From NCBI GenBank assembly GCA_036475815.1, contig JAZGAL010000090.1:1613-65612 (forward strand): a stretch of 64,000 bases of DNA, given 5' to 3'. Both the position numbers and the translations under genes were made by a program. This DNA comes from Gemmatimonadota bacterium (GTDB lineage: Bacteria; Gemmatimonadota; Gemmatimonadetes; Palauibacterales; KS3-K002). Under the pieces are notes generated by a model that saw only the letters and a program-made list of their open reading frames with translations, was not told the origin of the DNA and searched no databases. Shown here piece after piece: positions 53,621 through 63,458 of this stretch (within the stretch, counting starts at the first letter, position 1; every line of letters begins with the position of its first letter).

Positions 53621-53812
53621 ATGGTTCAGGTCACGGTTAACGAAGGAGATGATCTCGAGCGCGTACTTCGCCGCTTCAAGCGGCAGGTGCAGAAGGCCGG
53701 TATCTTCACGGACCTCAAGCGAAAGAAGCATTACGAGAAGCCCAGCGAGACGCGTAAGCGCAAGCGTAACGCGGCTCGGAGACGTAGCCGCCGTACAAGG
53801 CATCGCAAGTAA
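53621..53812 (+). CDS. rpsU: 30S ribosomal protein S21
   Basis: [43 protein letters not shown]... AAAGGAGAG SD. Confidence 0.95.
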   Translation: MVQVTVNEGDDLERVLRRFKRQVQKAGIFTDLKRKKHYEKPSETRKRKRNAARRRSRRTRHRK

Positions 53813-53961
53813 GCTCGCCGCCTCTAGGCCATCCTGATTGATTCTTCCGGGCCCGCTCAGCTGGTCCGGCAGGTGTTCCTTCCATAGACGTTATCACCGT
53901 CGCAGCCGTTTGCCTGCCTTTGGCACCGTGAGTTACACGGGGCGGGGCTCGCGTATATCTT

Positions 53962-55350
53962 TTGAGTATGAGTGTTACGGAAGTGTTGGACCTGGCGGGG
54001 CGTCTCGACGTCCATCTGCGATCCAGCGGCCTGCTGCCGGAGGGTTCAGCCATCACCGTCGCCCTCTCCGGCGGGCTGGATTCCGTCGCGTTGCTCGATC
54101 TCTTGGAAGGGCTTAGCGAGAGATGGTGCTGGTCTCTCAGCGCGGCGCACTTCGATCACCGCATGCGTGAGGAGAGCGGCGCGGACGCGGACTGGGTCCA
54201 GGCCCTGTGTGAGAGACGGAACGTGCCGTACCAAATGGGCCGTTCGCCGGTGGTGCCCGGGAATGAGGCGGAGGCTCGAGATCTCCGCTACGAGTTTCTG
54301 GAGCGTGCCCGAGGCGAGCTGGGGGCCCGGTGGCTGGTCACGGCCCATCAGGCTGACGACCAGATCGAGACCGTGCTGTTTCGCCTGCGTCGCGGCAGCG
54401 GCCTGCACGGCCTCGCCGGCATCCCTGCCCGAAGGCCGCCGGGCATCGTACGCCCGCTTCTTCCTTTCTGGCGGGCGGAGATCGCGGATCATGTGGAGGC
54501 GCGGGGACTGGAGTACCTGGCGGATCCGACCAATCTCGACGTGTCGATCACGCGGAATCGCATCCGGCATGAGCTGATCCCCGAAATCGAGGCGAATGTC
54601 GACCCAGACATCCGGCGGCAACTCTATCGGCTCTCCGAGCTGGCGGGTCGGGCAGCCCGGGTCGTGGATCGAATCGGTGAGAGCGCCGTGCGCGACCTGG
54701 TGCTCGAGGCGTCGGAAAACCGCATAGTAGTTGCACGTACTGGCTTTCTCGCCTATGATACGGGCGTGCGGGCACATCTCTTACGCCTGCTCGCCGCGCG
54801 CGTTGGTCCGCGACCCGGACGGGTCGGAACGCGCATCGCACTCGAGTTTATTAACACGTGCCCCAGCGGCCGCAGAATCCACCTTGCTGGTGGCATCGTG
54901 ATTCGCCGCGAGTTCGACCGGCTGTTCTTCGAGCGTCGGTCGGCGGGGGAGGCGGCTCGAGACGGTGAACTCGTGATTTCCGATGCGAGCGGCGGGGAAG
55001 CAGATGTGAGAATCGCCGGCTTGAGCTGGCGAGTCCGCTGGGCGCTTGGGGCCCCAGAGGGTGACATGAGCAGCGGCGAAGAGTCAGCCTATTTCGATCC
55101 TTCCGAACTCCGATTCCCGCTGACCGTGCGGGGCTGGCAGCCGGGCGATCGTATCCGGTTGCCCGCCGGCACGCGGAAGCTCAAGAAGGTGTTCGTCGAT
55201 AGGAAGGTCGGAGGTTCCGAGCGTGGGGGCCACCCGCTGCTGACCGATTGCCGCGGTGTGCTGTGGGTCGTGGGGTTGGTGCGCGGTGTTCAAGCCGGCG
55301 TTCGCGGGGACGGGAAGGTATTCTCGGTCAGTTTTCGGCTAGAGGGATGA
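53962..55350 (+). CDS. tilS: tRNA(Ile)-lysidine synthetase
   Basis: PP-loop ITVALSGGLDSVALL, HFDHRMR and the C-terminal TilS domain. The start is TTG 53962 or ATG 53968. Confidence 0.9.
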   Translation: MSMSVTEVLDLAGRLDVHLRSSGLLPEGSAITVALSGGLDSVALLDLLEGLSERWCWSLSAAHFDHRMREESGADADWVQALCERRNVPYQMGRSPVVPGNEAEARDLRYEFLERARGELGARWLVTAHQADDQIETVLFRLRRGSGLHGLAGIPARRPPGIVRPLLPFWRAEIADHVEARGLEYLADPTNLDVSITRNRIRHELIPEIEANVDPDIRRQLYRLSELAGRAARVVDRIGESAVRDLVLEASENRIVVARTGFLAYDTGVRAHLLRLLAARVGPRPGRVGTRIALEFINTCPSGRRIHLAGGIVIRREFDRLFFERRSAGEAARDGELVISDASGGEADVRIAGLSWRVRWALGAPEGDMSSGEESAYFDPSELRFPLTVRGWQPGDRIRLPAGTRKLKKVFVDRKVGGSERGGHPLLTDCRGVLWVVGLVRGVQAGVRGDGKVFSVSFRLEG

Positions 55351-55913
55351 ACAAAGTCGCCACGAGCTATCCGGGACTCACGCGGGTCGTGTTCAGCGAG
55401 GGCGAGATCGCGGCACGGGTCCGGGAGCTGGCGCGCGAGATTGACGCGTTCTACCCGGGTGAGGACGAGCTGCTCGTGATAGGGTTGCTGAAGGGCGCAT
55501 TCATGTTCGTCAGCGATCTGGTACGGGCTATCAACCGGCCGTCACTCCAGGTCGATTTCCTGACGGCCGCGCTCTACGGAGATGGGAGCGACGCGAGCGG
55601 TGAAGTCGAGTTGCTGCACGACCTGGATGCGCCGATCGAGGGCCGGCACGTTTTGCTGGTTGAGGACATTGTGGATAGTGGGAAGACGCTGAACCGGGTA
55701 GGCGACGTATTGGGCGGCAAGTCGCCGCGATCGCTGGAGGTGTGCGCGTTCTTGCATAAGCATATCGCCGACGGTCTGCGGTACGAGCCGCGTTGGGTCG
55801 GCTTCGATGCACCTTCTGATTGGCTGGTTGGCTATGGATTGGACCTCGGAGAGCGATACAGGCATTTGCCGTTCGTTGGCGCGATCGCTCCCGAGGATGG
55901 AAGAGGTACGTAG
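55347..55913 (+). CDS. hpt: hypoxanthine phosphoribosyltransferase
   Basis: ATGA overlap with tilS. PRPP motif VLLVEDIVDSGKTL and VGYGLD. Confidence 0.9.
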   Translation: MNKVATSYPGLTRVVFSEGEIAARVRELAREIDAFYPGEDELLVIGLLKGAFMFVSDLVRAINRPSLQVDFLTAALYGDGSDASGEVELLHDLDAPIEGRHVLLVEDIVDSGKTLNRVGDVLGGKSPRSLEVCAFLHKHIADGLRYEPRWVGFDAPSDWLVGYGLDLGERYRHLPFVGAIAPEDGRGT

Positions 55914-55915
55914 AT

Positions 55916-57961
55916 ATGTCGGATCTGACCCCGAAGCGTGGTGAGCCCCAGGGGCGCTGGGCCCGGATGTCGAGGAGCCTGGCGTTCTGGGCGCTGATCA
56001 TCCTGGTTCCGCTGATCATCATACAGCTGCTGGGCTCGAGTCGCAGAGAGGTGCAGGAGCTCAGCTACACCGAATTCATGCACGAGCTGGATGATGGCAA
56101 TGTTCTGAAGGTTTCCGTCATTGAAGGCAAGGAGCTGGAGGGCGAACTGCGGGCGCCGGTCGGCACGGCGGGGGAGGCGGCGCGCGAGTTCTGGACGAAG
56201 CTTCCCGTTTGGCACAGTGAGGAGTTGCTCAAGCGGCTCGAGGCCAGCGGCGTGACCATCGATGCGGAGGATGCCCGTCCCAACTGGTTAGGACTGCTGG
56301 CGGGCGCGCTGCCCTGGATATTCCTCTTCGGCCTGATGCTCTTCTGGTTGCGCCAGATGCAGACAGGCGGAACACGCGCGTTCTCGTTCGGCAAGGCGAA
56401 GGCGAAAATGCTGTCCGGCGACACGCCGAAGGTAACGTTCGCTGACGTGGCCGGGTGTGATGAGGCGAAGGAAGAGCTCCAGGAGACCATCGGATTCCTC
56501 AAGGACCCCACAAGGTTCACGCGCCTCGGCGGTCGACTGCCTAAAGGCGCGCTGCTGGTCGGGCCGCCGGGGACGGGCAAGACGCTGCTGGCCCGCGCGG
56601 TGGCCGGCGAAGCGTCGCGTCCCTTCTTCAGCATGTCCGGCTCCGATTTCGTCGAGATGTTCGTGGGCGTGGGCGCGGCGCGTGTGCGAGATCTGTTCGA
56701 GCAGGGGAAAGCGCACGCTCCCTGTATCATCTTCATCGACGAGCTCGATGCCGTGGGCCGTCATCGTGGTGCCGGTTTGGGCGGTGGCCACGACGAGCGG
56801 GAGCAGACGCTCAACCAGCTGCTGGTGGAGATGGACGGCTTCGAGCCGAACGAGGGCGTCATCCTGATCGCCGCCACCAACCGTCCCGACGTGCTCGACC
56901 CGGCACTGCTGCGACCGGGCCGCTTCGACCGCCAGGTCGTTGTGGACGCGCCGGACGTGAGAGGCCGGGAAGGGATCCTGGCTGTGCATACTCGCAAGAT
57001 CCCACTGGCGGACGACGTGGACTTGGCCAAGCTCGCCAGAGCGACTCCGGGGATGAGCGGGGCCGACATCGCCAACATGGTCAACGAGGCGGCGCTGCTG
57101 GCCGCGCGAAGGGAGAAAGACCGCGTATTCATGGAGGACTTCGAGGACGCCAAGGACAGGGTCCTGCTGGGAGCGGAACGCAAGAGCATGGTGATCAGCG
57201 AGGAGGAGCGCCGGCTCAGTGCCTACCACGAAGCCGGCCATGTCGTTGCGGCCCACTATACGCCGGAATGCGACCCTCTGCACAAGGTCACCATAGTTCC
57301 TCGCGGACGGGCGCTCGGGCTGACCTTCTCGATGCCTGAGGACGACCGGCACAGCTACTCGAAGGCATACCTACAGGCCCAGCTCGTATACGCCTACGGT
57401 GGCCGGGTGGCGGAGGAGCATGTCTTCGGCGCGGAGCAGATCACCACAGGGGCGGGTAACGACATCGAGCGCGCTACGCTCCTGGCGCGCCGGATGGTCA
57501 CGGAATGGGGGATGTCCGAGGTCATCGGTCCGATGAAGGTGGGGGAGCACGGCGAAGAGATCTTCCTGGGCCGCGAGCTCGTCGAGCGCAGGGAAGTCAG
57601 CGACCAGATGGCCCACATGGTTGACGCCGAGGTCAAGGGGTTCCTCGATGAAGCCTACCAGCAAGCGAAAAAGATAATCTCGGAACACGAGGACATACTG
57701 CAGGTGCTGGCGAAAACGCTCCTGGAGCGCGAGACGCTGGATGCGGACGAGATCAACATGGTTTTCGAGGGCAAGGAGCTGCCGCCGCTCCCCGAAGCGC
57801 AGCCGGCGAAATCCGCGGTGCAGCCCGGCGTCGAGGCGGCCAGCGAGAACGCGCCGAAAGTGCGTGATACGGCCGGCTCCAGGATCGAGGAGAGCCTGAA
57901 ACCTGCCACGTCGTTCGAGAGTTCACAGGGAAAGCCGACGGACCCCGAGATGCCGCGATGA
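55916..57961 (+). CDS. ftsH: ATP-dependent zinc metalloprotease FtsH
   Basis: Walker [15 protein letters not shown] region and zinc site HEAGH. Start at ATG 55916. Confidence 0.95.
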   Translation: MSDLTPKRGEPQGRWARMSRSLAFWALIILVPLIIIQLLGSSRREVQELSYTEFMHELDDGNVLKVSVIEGKELEGELRAPVGTAGEAAREFWTKLPVWHSEELLKRLEASGVTIDAEDARPNWLGLLAGALPWIFLFGLMLFWLRQMQTGGTRAFSFGKAKAKMLSGDTPKVTFADVAGCDEAKEELQETIGFLKDPTRFTRLGGRLPKGALLVGPPGTGKTLLARAVAGEASRPFFSMSGSDFVEMFVGVGAARVRDLFEQGKAHAPCIIFIDELDAVGRHRGAGLGGGHDEREQTLNQLLVEMDGFEPNEGVILIAATNRPDVLDPALLRPGRFDRQVVVDAPDVRGREGILAVHTRKIPLADDVDLAKLARATPGMSGADIANMVNEAALLAARREKDRVFMEDFEDAKDRVLLGAERKSMVISEEERRLSAYHEAGHVVAAHYTPECDPLHKVTIVPRGRALGLTFSMPEDDRHSYSKAYLQAQLVYAYGGRVAEEHVFGAEQITTGAGNDIERATLLARRMVTEWGMSEVIGPMKVGEHGEEIFLGRELVERREVSDQMAHMVDAEVKGFLDEAYQQAKKIISEHEDILQVLAKTLLERETLDADEINMVFEGKELPPLPEAQPAKSAVQPGVEAASENAPKVRDTAGSRIEESLKPATSFESSQGKPTDPEMPR

Positions 57962-58866
57962 GCGCGGGGCGGATGGCGAGTAGCGGGTTCGCCATCTCTC
58001 GTGATGGAGGGGTCGGGAGGTTCTGGCGCACATCGTGCCGGGCGATCGATCTGTCGAGGCCGGTGTTGATGGGCGTCCTGAACATCACACCGGATTCTTT
58101 TTCTGATGGCGGCCGCTTTTTCCAGCGCGAGTCGGCGCTGCAGCGACTGGAGGAACTGGCGAACGAGGGTGCCGACATCGTCGATGTCGGCGGCGAGTCG
58201 ACGCGGCCGGGTTCCCTCCCGGTAGGTGAAGAGGAAGAGCTGAGCCGCGTAATGCCGGTGATCGAGGCGGCCGCGGGACTTGGGGTGCCGGTCTCTATCG
58301 ATACCACGAAGTCGGCGGTTGCCCGGGCGGCTCTCGAAGCGGGGGCGGAGATCGTCAACGACGTCTCGGGCCTCCGCTGCGATCCCGAATTGGCAGGACT
58401 GGCGGCGGACTCAGGTGCTGGCCTGGTACTGATGCACATGCGCGGAAAGCCGCGGACCATGCAGGCAGATATCCACTACGACGATCTCATGGGCGAGATC
58501 GCGACCGAGCTGGGCGAGTCCGTGGAGCGGGCGCTGGACGCCGGGTGCCAGCGCGACCAACTGGCGATCGATCCAGGTATCGGCTTCGGGAAGACCCCGG
58601 AGCAGAACCTGGTGTTGATCAACGAGCTCGATCGGATCGGAGATCTCGGCTATCCGGTCCTCATCGGCCCGTCCCGCAAGTCCTTCATTGGGAAGACGCT
58701 GGGACTCGACGTGCAGAATCGTCTGGAAGCCACGCTCGCTGCGTGCGTGATCGGGCTGCTCCGGGGCGCGCGGATCTTTCGCGTCCACGATGTGATGGCG
58801 GCACGGCGGGCGCTGGACATGACGGAACTGATAACCAATCAATCGAGCGGTGCAGAGCTTTCTTGA
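57958..58866 (+). CDS. folP: dihydropteroate synthase
   Basis: ATGA overlap with ftsH. MGVLNITPDSFSDGG, DIVDVGGESTRPG and DPGIGFGK. Confidence 0.9.
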   Translation: MSAGRMASSGFAISRDGGVGRFWRTSCRAIDLSRPVLMGVLNITPDSFSDGGRFFQRESALQRLEELANEGADIVDVGGESTRPGSLPVGEEEELSRVMPVIEAAAGLGVPVSIDTTKSAVARAALEAGAEIVNDVSGLRCDPELAGLAADSGAGLVLMHMRGKPRTMQADIHYDDLMGEIATELGESVERALDAGCQRDQLAIDPGIGFGKTPEQNLVLINELDRIGDLGYPVLIGPSRKSFIGKTLGLDVQNRLEATLAACVIGLLRGARIFRVHDVMAARRALDMTELITNQSSGAELS

Positions 58867-59722
58867 GCGGATAAGCTTTCTGAGACCGGATCTCCTGGAC
58901 ATCCTGCAGATCGCGGTGGTCGCGTACATCTTCTACCGCCTGCTTCTGCTATGGGCCGGGACGCGGGCGATCCAGATGCTCATGGGCCTCATCGTGCTGT
59001 TCGCCGTCTACGCGCTCGCTGGCATTCTTCAGCTCGAGCTGATCCGCTACCTGCTGAAGATCGTCTTCACCTATGGTGCCCTGGCCGCGGTCGTCATCTT
59101 CCAGCCGGAGTTGCGTAGCGCTCTCACCAAGCTGGGACAGAACCGATTCTGGAGGCTCTTCTCCCGTTCGGAGAAGACCTCCGAGGCGCTGGAGGAGCTG
59201 GCACACGCGACTGAAGCTCTGGCGCGGAAGCGGATCGGCGCGATCATCGCGGTGGAACGGGAAGTCGGGCTGGAGGAATACGCGCGCAAGGGGACGCCGA
59301 TCGACGCACCCGTATCCACCGAGCTGTTGGAGAGCATTTTCACTCGCTATGGGCCGCTGCACGATGGCGCCGTGATCGTTCGCGGGGAGACTATGATCGC
59401 CGCCCGCTGCATCCTCCCGCTCACGCAATTCCCGGTCACGGACCGGAGCCTGGGGACGCGCCACCGGGCGGCGATCGGCCTCTCGGAGGAGACCGATGCC
59501 TTGGTGATCGTCGTATCCGAGGAGACGGGCTACGTCTCGCTGGCCCAGCGCGGGCGCCTCGAAAGACGCGTCTCCGGCGAGCGGCTGCGAGAGGCGCTGG
59601 GAGTGAAGGCGGCCGGCCGGGTCCAGCTGGCTCCGTCGGTGCAGACGCCCCAGCCAGGCAGGGCGAGCGAGGCTGCGGCGGGTGAGCTGAGCCTCGTTGA
59701 CAGAAGGTCTCGCGCGCCGTAG
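58850..59722 (+). CDS. cdaA: diadenylate cyclase CdaA (c-di-AMP synthase)
   Basis: Three N-terminal TM helices, then a DAC domain with HDGAVIV, LGTRHRAAIG and VSEETG. GTG start overlaps folP by 17 nt. Confidence 0.9.
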   Translation: MQSFLERISFLRPDLLDILQIAVVAYIFYRLLLLWAGTRAIQMLMGLIVLFAVYALAGILQLELIRYLLKIVFTYGALAAVVIFQPELRSALTKLGQNRFWRLFSRSEKTSEALEELAHATEALARKRIGAIIAVEREVGLEEYARKGTPIDAPVSTELLESIFTRYGPLHDGAVIVRGETMIAARCILPLTQFPVTDRSLGTRHRAAIGLSEETDALVIVVSEETGYVSLAQRGRLERRVSGERLREALGVKAAGRVQLAPSVQTPQPGRASEAAAGELSLVDRRSRAP

Positions 59723-59809
59723 CCTTTTATGATATCAAGCATGACAAAATAGCTGGAATTCCCTGGCAACAGCGAGGTTCGCTTGCAACAGGAAGCCCAA
59801 TACGCTCTC

Positions 59810-60421
59810 ATGGAGCTCTTCAGGGACGGTGGCTTCATGATGTACGCCCTTGTGCTATGCTCGTTGGTGGCGCTGGGAGTGATCATCGCCAAGAGCTATA
59901 TCCTCTCGGTAGCTCACCGTGACAGTAAGAAGCTCCTGGCCGAGCTGCATGAGATGCCCAAGCAGGATGTGGATTTCGACGCCACCATCCAGCTCGCCGA
60001 CGATACCCAGGGGCCAGTGGCGGCCATCGTGTCGTCCGCCCTGCGGCGTGTGCGCGAGCAGGGTCACACGGACAAGGATGTCGAGAAAGCGGTCGCGACG
60101 ACCGGCTCGATCGAGCTCGGCTTCCTCGAGCGCGGTCTCGTGGTCCTCGCCACCGTGGCCAACGTGGCGCCGATGCTGGGGTTCCTGGGTACGGTTATAG
60201 GCATGATCACGGCGTTCGGTGCGGTGGCCGAGGCCGGTCAGATCGAGGCGTCGCTGGTGGCCGGAGGCATCAAGGTGGCGCTGATCACAACCGCCGCGGG
60301 ACTGACGATCGCGATCCCGGTGAACATCGCGTATAACTTCTTCGTGACACGTATTGATCAGCTCATCCTTGACATGGAACGCGGGACGGACGAAGTGATG
60401 GATATGTCGCCCCCTGCATGA
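59810..60421 (+). CDS. exbB: MotA/TolQ/ExbB proton-channel family protein
   Basis: Three-TM layout with VAPMLGFLGTVIGM and ALITTAAGLTIAIP. Start chosen at ATG 59810 (the track ORF starts at TTG 59783). Confidence 0.85.
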   Translation: MELFRDGGFMMYALVLCSLVALGVIIAKSYILSVAHRDSKKLLAELHEMPKQDVDFDATIQLADDTQGPVAAIVSSALRRVREQGHTDKDVEKAVATTGSIELGFLERGLVVLATVANVAPMLGFLGTVIGMITAFGAVAEAGQIEASLVAGGIKVALITTAAGLTIAIPVNIAYNFFVTRIDQLILDMERGTDEVMDMSPPA

Positions 60422-60464
60422 ACAGGAGGGTGGACGCAGCGGGCAAGCGGGAGATGTAGCAACC

Positions 60465-60890
60465 ATGGCGATTCTGAAGCGAAAAAGCAGGGTTAGTGAC
60501 GAGATCCCAACGGCGTCGATGGCGGACATCGCGTTTCTGCTCCTGATCTTCTTCCTGGTGACGACGGTCTTTGAGGAGGAGAAGGGGCTGCCCATCGTTC
60601 TGCCGGAGGCTGCGGCCGAGCAGGTGGAGGTCTCCCAGAAGAACATCATTCACTTCCTCATCCAGGAAGACGGGGCGGTGGTGATTCGCCGTGGTGAGAG
60701 CACGGCGGAGCAGATTGTCGCGTTCAGCGAGATCGAGGGCATCATGCGACAGGAGATCGCCAACAACCCCGATATCATCGCGGCGGTCAAGACGGCGCCG
60801 GATGCACCTTACAATTACATGATCAACGTGCTCGACGAGCTGCAGTCAGCAGCGGCGCAGCGAATTTCGCTGCAGCTCTGGGAGAGGTAG
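60465..60890 (+). CDS. exbD: ExbD/TolR biopolymer transport protein
   Basis: IPTASMADIAFLLLIFFLVTT and a periplasmic domain. 141 aa. Confidence 0.85.
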   Translation: MAILKRKSRVSDEIPTASMADIAFLLLIFFLVTTVFEEEKGLPIVLPEAAAEQVEVSQKNIIHFLIQEDGAVVIRRGESTAEQIVAFSEIEGIMRQEIANNPDIIAAVKTAPDAPYNYMINVLDELQSAAAQRISLQLWER

Positions 60891-60895
60891 CAAGG

Positions 60896-61345
60896 ATGGC
60901 GAGAAAGAGCGGGCCGTTCGAAAGGAAGTCGCAGGTCGAGAACCAGATCCCCACGGCCTCGATGGCGGACATCGCGTTCCTGCTTCTAATCTTCTTCATG
61001 GTGTCCACGGTGTTCAGAAGGGAGCAGCCTCGACACCTGACTTTCCCCCAGGCCGAAGCGACCCAGAGGCAGAACGAGAAGCGCAAGAATATCCTGCACC
61101 TGTGGATCGAACCGGACGGCGAAGTGTACATCAACGATAGACTGATTCCGATGGACATGGTGGCGGACGTTGTGATACCGCTCTATCGGGACAGTGATCG
61201 CCATCTGTTGATCTCGCTCAGGGGCGACCGTGATACGCCGTACCGTTTCATCAACGCGGTAACGGAGCAGCTGCGCGAGGCGAACGCGGTGCGTGTATTT
61301 TTCCATACGGATCTCGAGAGCCGGATTACGCAGGAGAGGAGGTAG
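60896..61345 (+). CDS. exbD: ExbD/TolR biopolymer transport protein (second paralogue)
   Basis: IPTASMADIAFLLLIFFMVST. 149 aa. Confidence 0.85.
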   Translation: MARKSGPFERKSQVENQIPTASMADIAFLLLIFFMVSTVFRREQPRHLTFPQAEATQRQNEKRKNILHLWIEPDGEVYINDRLIPMDMVADVVIPLYRDSDRHLLISLRGDRDTPYRFINAVTEQLREANAVRVFFHTDLESRITQERR

Positions 61346-61351
61346 AGTTCC

Positions 61352-62032
61352 ATGGCAGACAACTTTGAGGCGGAGCAGTCTACCCTGCGCACCTCCGCGA
61401 ACGACCGCTTCAAGAAATCCTCGGAGACGTTTCTGTGGGGCGCGATCTGCCTGGCCACGGTGGCTCACTTCGCGTTCTTCAACTTCTTCCCGGAGCTGAC
61501 GGCGACCGATGTGAGCTTCGGCGTGAACGAGTTCGACATGATCGAATTGCCGCCGGAGGTGGATATCCCACCACCGCCGGAGCAGATCTCCCGGCCCTCG
61601 GTACCGGTCGTGGCTGCGACGGAGCTTGAGGAAGATATCACCATCGCCCCCACGACGTTCGAGGAAAACCCGGTCGAGAACCTGCCGCCACCGCCGAGTG
61701 ACGCGAGCCGACTTGGTGATCAGCCGGTCTTCACACCGATGACCGTGAGGCCGGAGATCAAGGACCGAAGGGCGGCTAGGCGACTGGTCGAGCGGAACTA
61801 CCCGAAGTTGCTGAAGGATGCCGGCATCGGCGGCACGGTCTCCATCTGGGTGTTCATTGACACGAACGGCAAGGTGAAGAACGGTCAGGTGCAGAAGAGC
61901 TCCGGAAACAAGGCTCTCGATGAGGCCGCACTGAGATCGGCGATGGATTTTCAGTTCACGCCTGCCCTGAATAGGGACAAGAGAGTGCCGGTGTGGGTGG
62001 CGATACCTGTCACTTTTTCCGTGAAGAACTAA
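61352..62032 (+). CDS. tonB: energy transducer TonB
   Basis: N-terminal TM, Pro-rich spacer (PPEVDIPPPPEQISRPSVP) and a C-terminal TonB domain (YPKLLKDAGIGGTVSIWVFIDTNGKV...ALDEAAL). Confidence 0.8.
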   Translation: MADNFEAEQSTLRTSANDRFKKSSETFLWGAICLATVAHFAFFNFFPELTATDVSFGVNEFDMIELPPEVDIPPPPEQISRPSVPVVAATELEEDITIAPTTFEENPVENLPPPPSDASRLGDQPVFTPMTVRPEIKDRRAARRLVERNYPKLLKDAGIGGTVSIWVFIDTNGKVKNGQVQKSSGNKALDEAALRSAMDFQFTPALNRDKRVPVWVAIPVTFSVKN

Positions 62033-62051
62033 GCCGGAGTACTATCCGTCT

Positions 62052-62090
62052 CAGCCCGGCATCGCGGCGGCGGTGCCGGGCTGTTTTTTT
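62052..62090 (+). terminator. rho-independent terminator
   Basis: CAGCCCGGCA-N12-TGCCGGGCTG followed by T7, 20 nt after the tonB stop. Confidence 0.8.
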
Positions 62091-62160
62091 GCGCCGCCCT
62101 GAATTCCCGCAGAACCTTTGCCTTGATAAGGCTTAGCAGGGCGGGTAGGTTTAATAGATT

Positions 62161-62862
62161 ATGTATCTTGAGCGGCTTCAGCGCGCGCTGCCCCAAGTTC
62201 AGGAACGCATCGAGCGGGCGTGCGAACGCGCCGGTCGCTCAGATGCCGAGTCCGTCACTCTGGTGGCGGTGACCAAAGGCCACCCGCTCGAGGCTCTGCG
62301 GGCGGCGCGTGAGGCGGGTCTGCAAGTGATCGGCGAGAATCGCGTTCAGGAGGCCCGTGCCAAGTGGGAAGCCGCCGGGGATCTGGGACTCACCTGGCAT
62401 CTTGTTGGTCACCTTCAACGCAACAAAGTGAGCCAGGCTCTGCGGATGTTCGGCCTGATCCAGTCTGTCGATTCGCTGCGCCTGGCGGAAGCCATCGATA
62501 GGGAAGCCGCGAAGCTGGCCTGGCCGGCGTTGGTGCTGGTGGAGGTAAACGCGTCGGGTGAGGAATCCAAACACGGTTTTCCCGTGCATGACGGCCTCGC
62601 CGTGATACGCGAGATGTGCGGGCTGAAGCATGTACGGATCATCGGGCTGATGACGATGGCGCCGTTCGTTGCCGATGAGGGTGTCCTGCGCGAGACGTTT
62701 CGGTGCACGCGTGAGCTCTTAGAGTGCTGCCGGGACAGCATCGAAGGCTTTGAGGCGCGGTACCTTTCGATGGGTATGACCAACGACTACGAGATCGCGA
62801 TCGAGGAAGGCAGCACCATGGTGCGACTGGGGACACTGTTGTTTGGGGAGCGGGGAAAATGA
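62161..62862 (+). CDS. yggS: YggS-family pyridoxal-phosphate homeostasis protein
   Basis: LVAVTKGHP (PLP Lys), HLVGHLQRNK and MGMTNDYEIAIEEGSTMVRLG. Confidence 0.9.
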   Translation: MYLERLQRALPQVQERIERACERAGRSDAESVTLVAVTKGHPLEALRAAREAGLQVIGENRVQEARAKWEAAGDLGLTWHLVGHLQRNKVSQALRMFGLIQSVDSLRLAEAIDREAAKLAWPALVLVEVNASGEESKHGFPVHDGLAVIREMCGLKHVRIIGLMTMAPFVADEGVLRETFRCTRELLECCRDSIEGFEARYLSMGMTNDYEIAIEEGSTMVRLGTLLFGERGK

Positions 62863-63458
62863 TTGACCTGACGCCACTTGATGTACGCAAGAAGAAGGGC
62901 GACTTCCGGCGCGCGGTTAGAGGCTACGACACGGAGCTGGTGGACGATTTCCTCGACATGGCTGCCGAGCGACTCGAGGAGCTCGTCAAGCAGAACGTCG
63001 CGCTGACCGAGCGGGCGGAGCACCTGCAGGAGCAAGTAGCGTCGTATCGCGAGCGCGAGATGGCGTTGAACGAGGCGCTCGTCACCGCCCAGCAGCTTCG
63101 CTCCGAGGCTCAGGCGCAAGCGGACCGGGAAGCCGAGCTGGTGCGCCGCGAAGCCCAGGGCCAGGCGGAGCGCATCGTTGAAGAAGGACAGCGCTCCTTC
63201 CGAGAGCTTGCCCGGCAGATCGAGATGATCCAGGCCCGCAAGAACCACTTCGTGCGGACTTTCCGCACGCTGCTCGAGCGCTATCTCGCGGAACTCGAGC
63301 TGGATGAAGTGCGCGTGAACGAAGCGGTTGTGAGTGAGATGGCTTCGGCTACCCCGGAAGAGCCGGCGCAGGAACTACCCGCGGAGCCCGTGAAACCTAA
63401 GCAGAGCGACTGGCTTTCCTCGCTGGTCGCGGAGAGCGATAAAGAGGAGAGTGGCTGA
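62859..63458 (+). CDS. DivIVA domain-containing protein
   Basis: ATGA overlap with yggS. LTPLDVRKKKGDFRRAVRGYDTELVDDFLD followed by a coiled-coil. Confidence 0.85.
   Translation: MIDLTPLDVRKKKGDFRRAVRGYDTELVDDFLDMAAERLEELVKQNVALTERAEHLQEQVASYREREMALNEALVTAQQLRSEAQAQADREAELVRREAQGQAERIVEEGQRSFRELARQIEMIQARKNHFVRTFRTLLERYLAELELDEVRVNEAVVSEMASATPEEPAQELPAEPVKPKQSDWLSSLVAESDKEESG

Noticed and set aside
59810-62032. The MotA/ExbB-like plus two ExbD-like genes were considered as a possible Zorya-type defence module or novel stator system.
   Set aside because: They are immediately followed by a TonB protein with a Pro-rich spacer and TonB C-domain and then a terminator. There are no ZorC/ZorD-like nuclease or helicase genes. 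This is a standard Ton energising complex, and tandem exbD paralogues are common.
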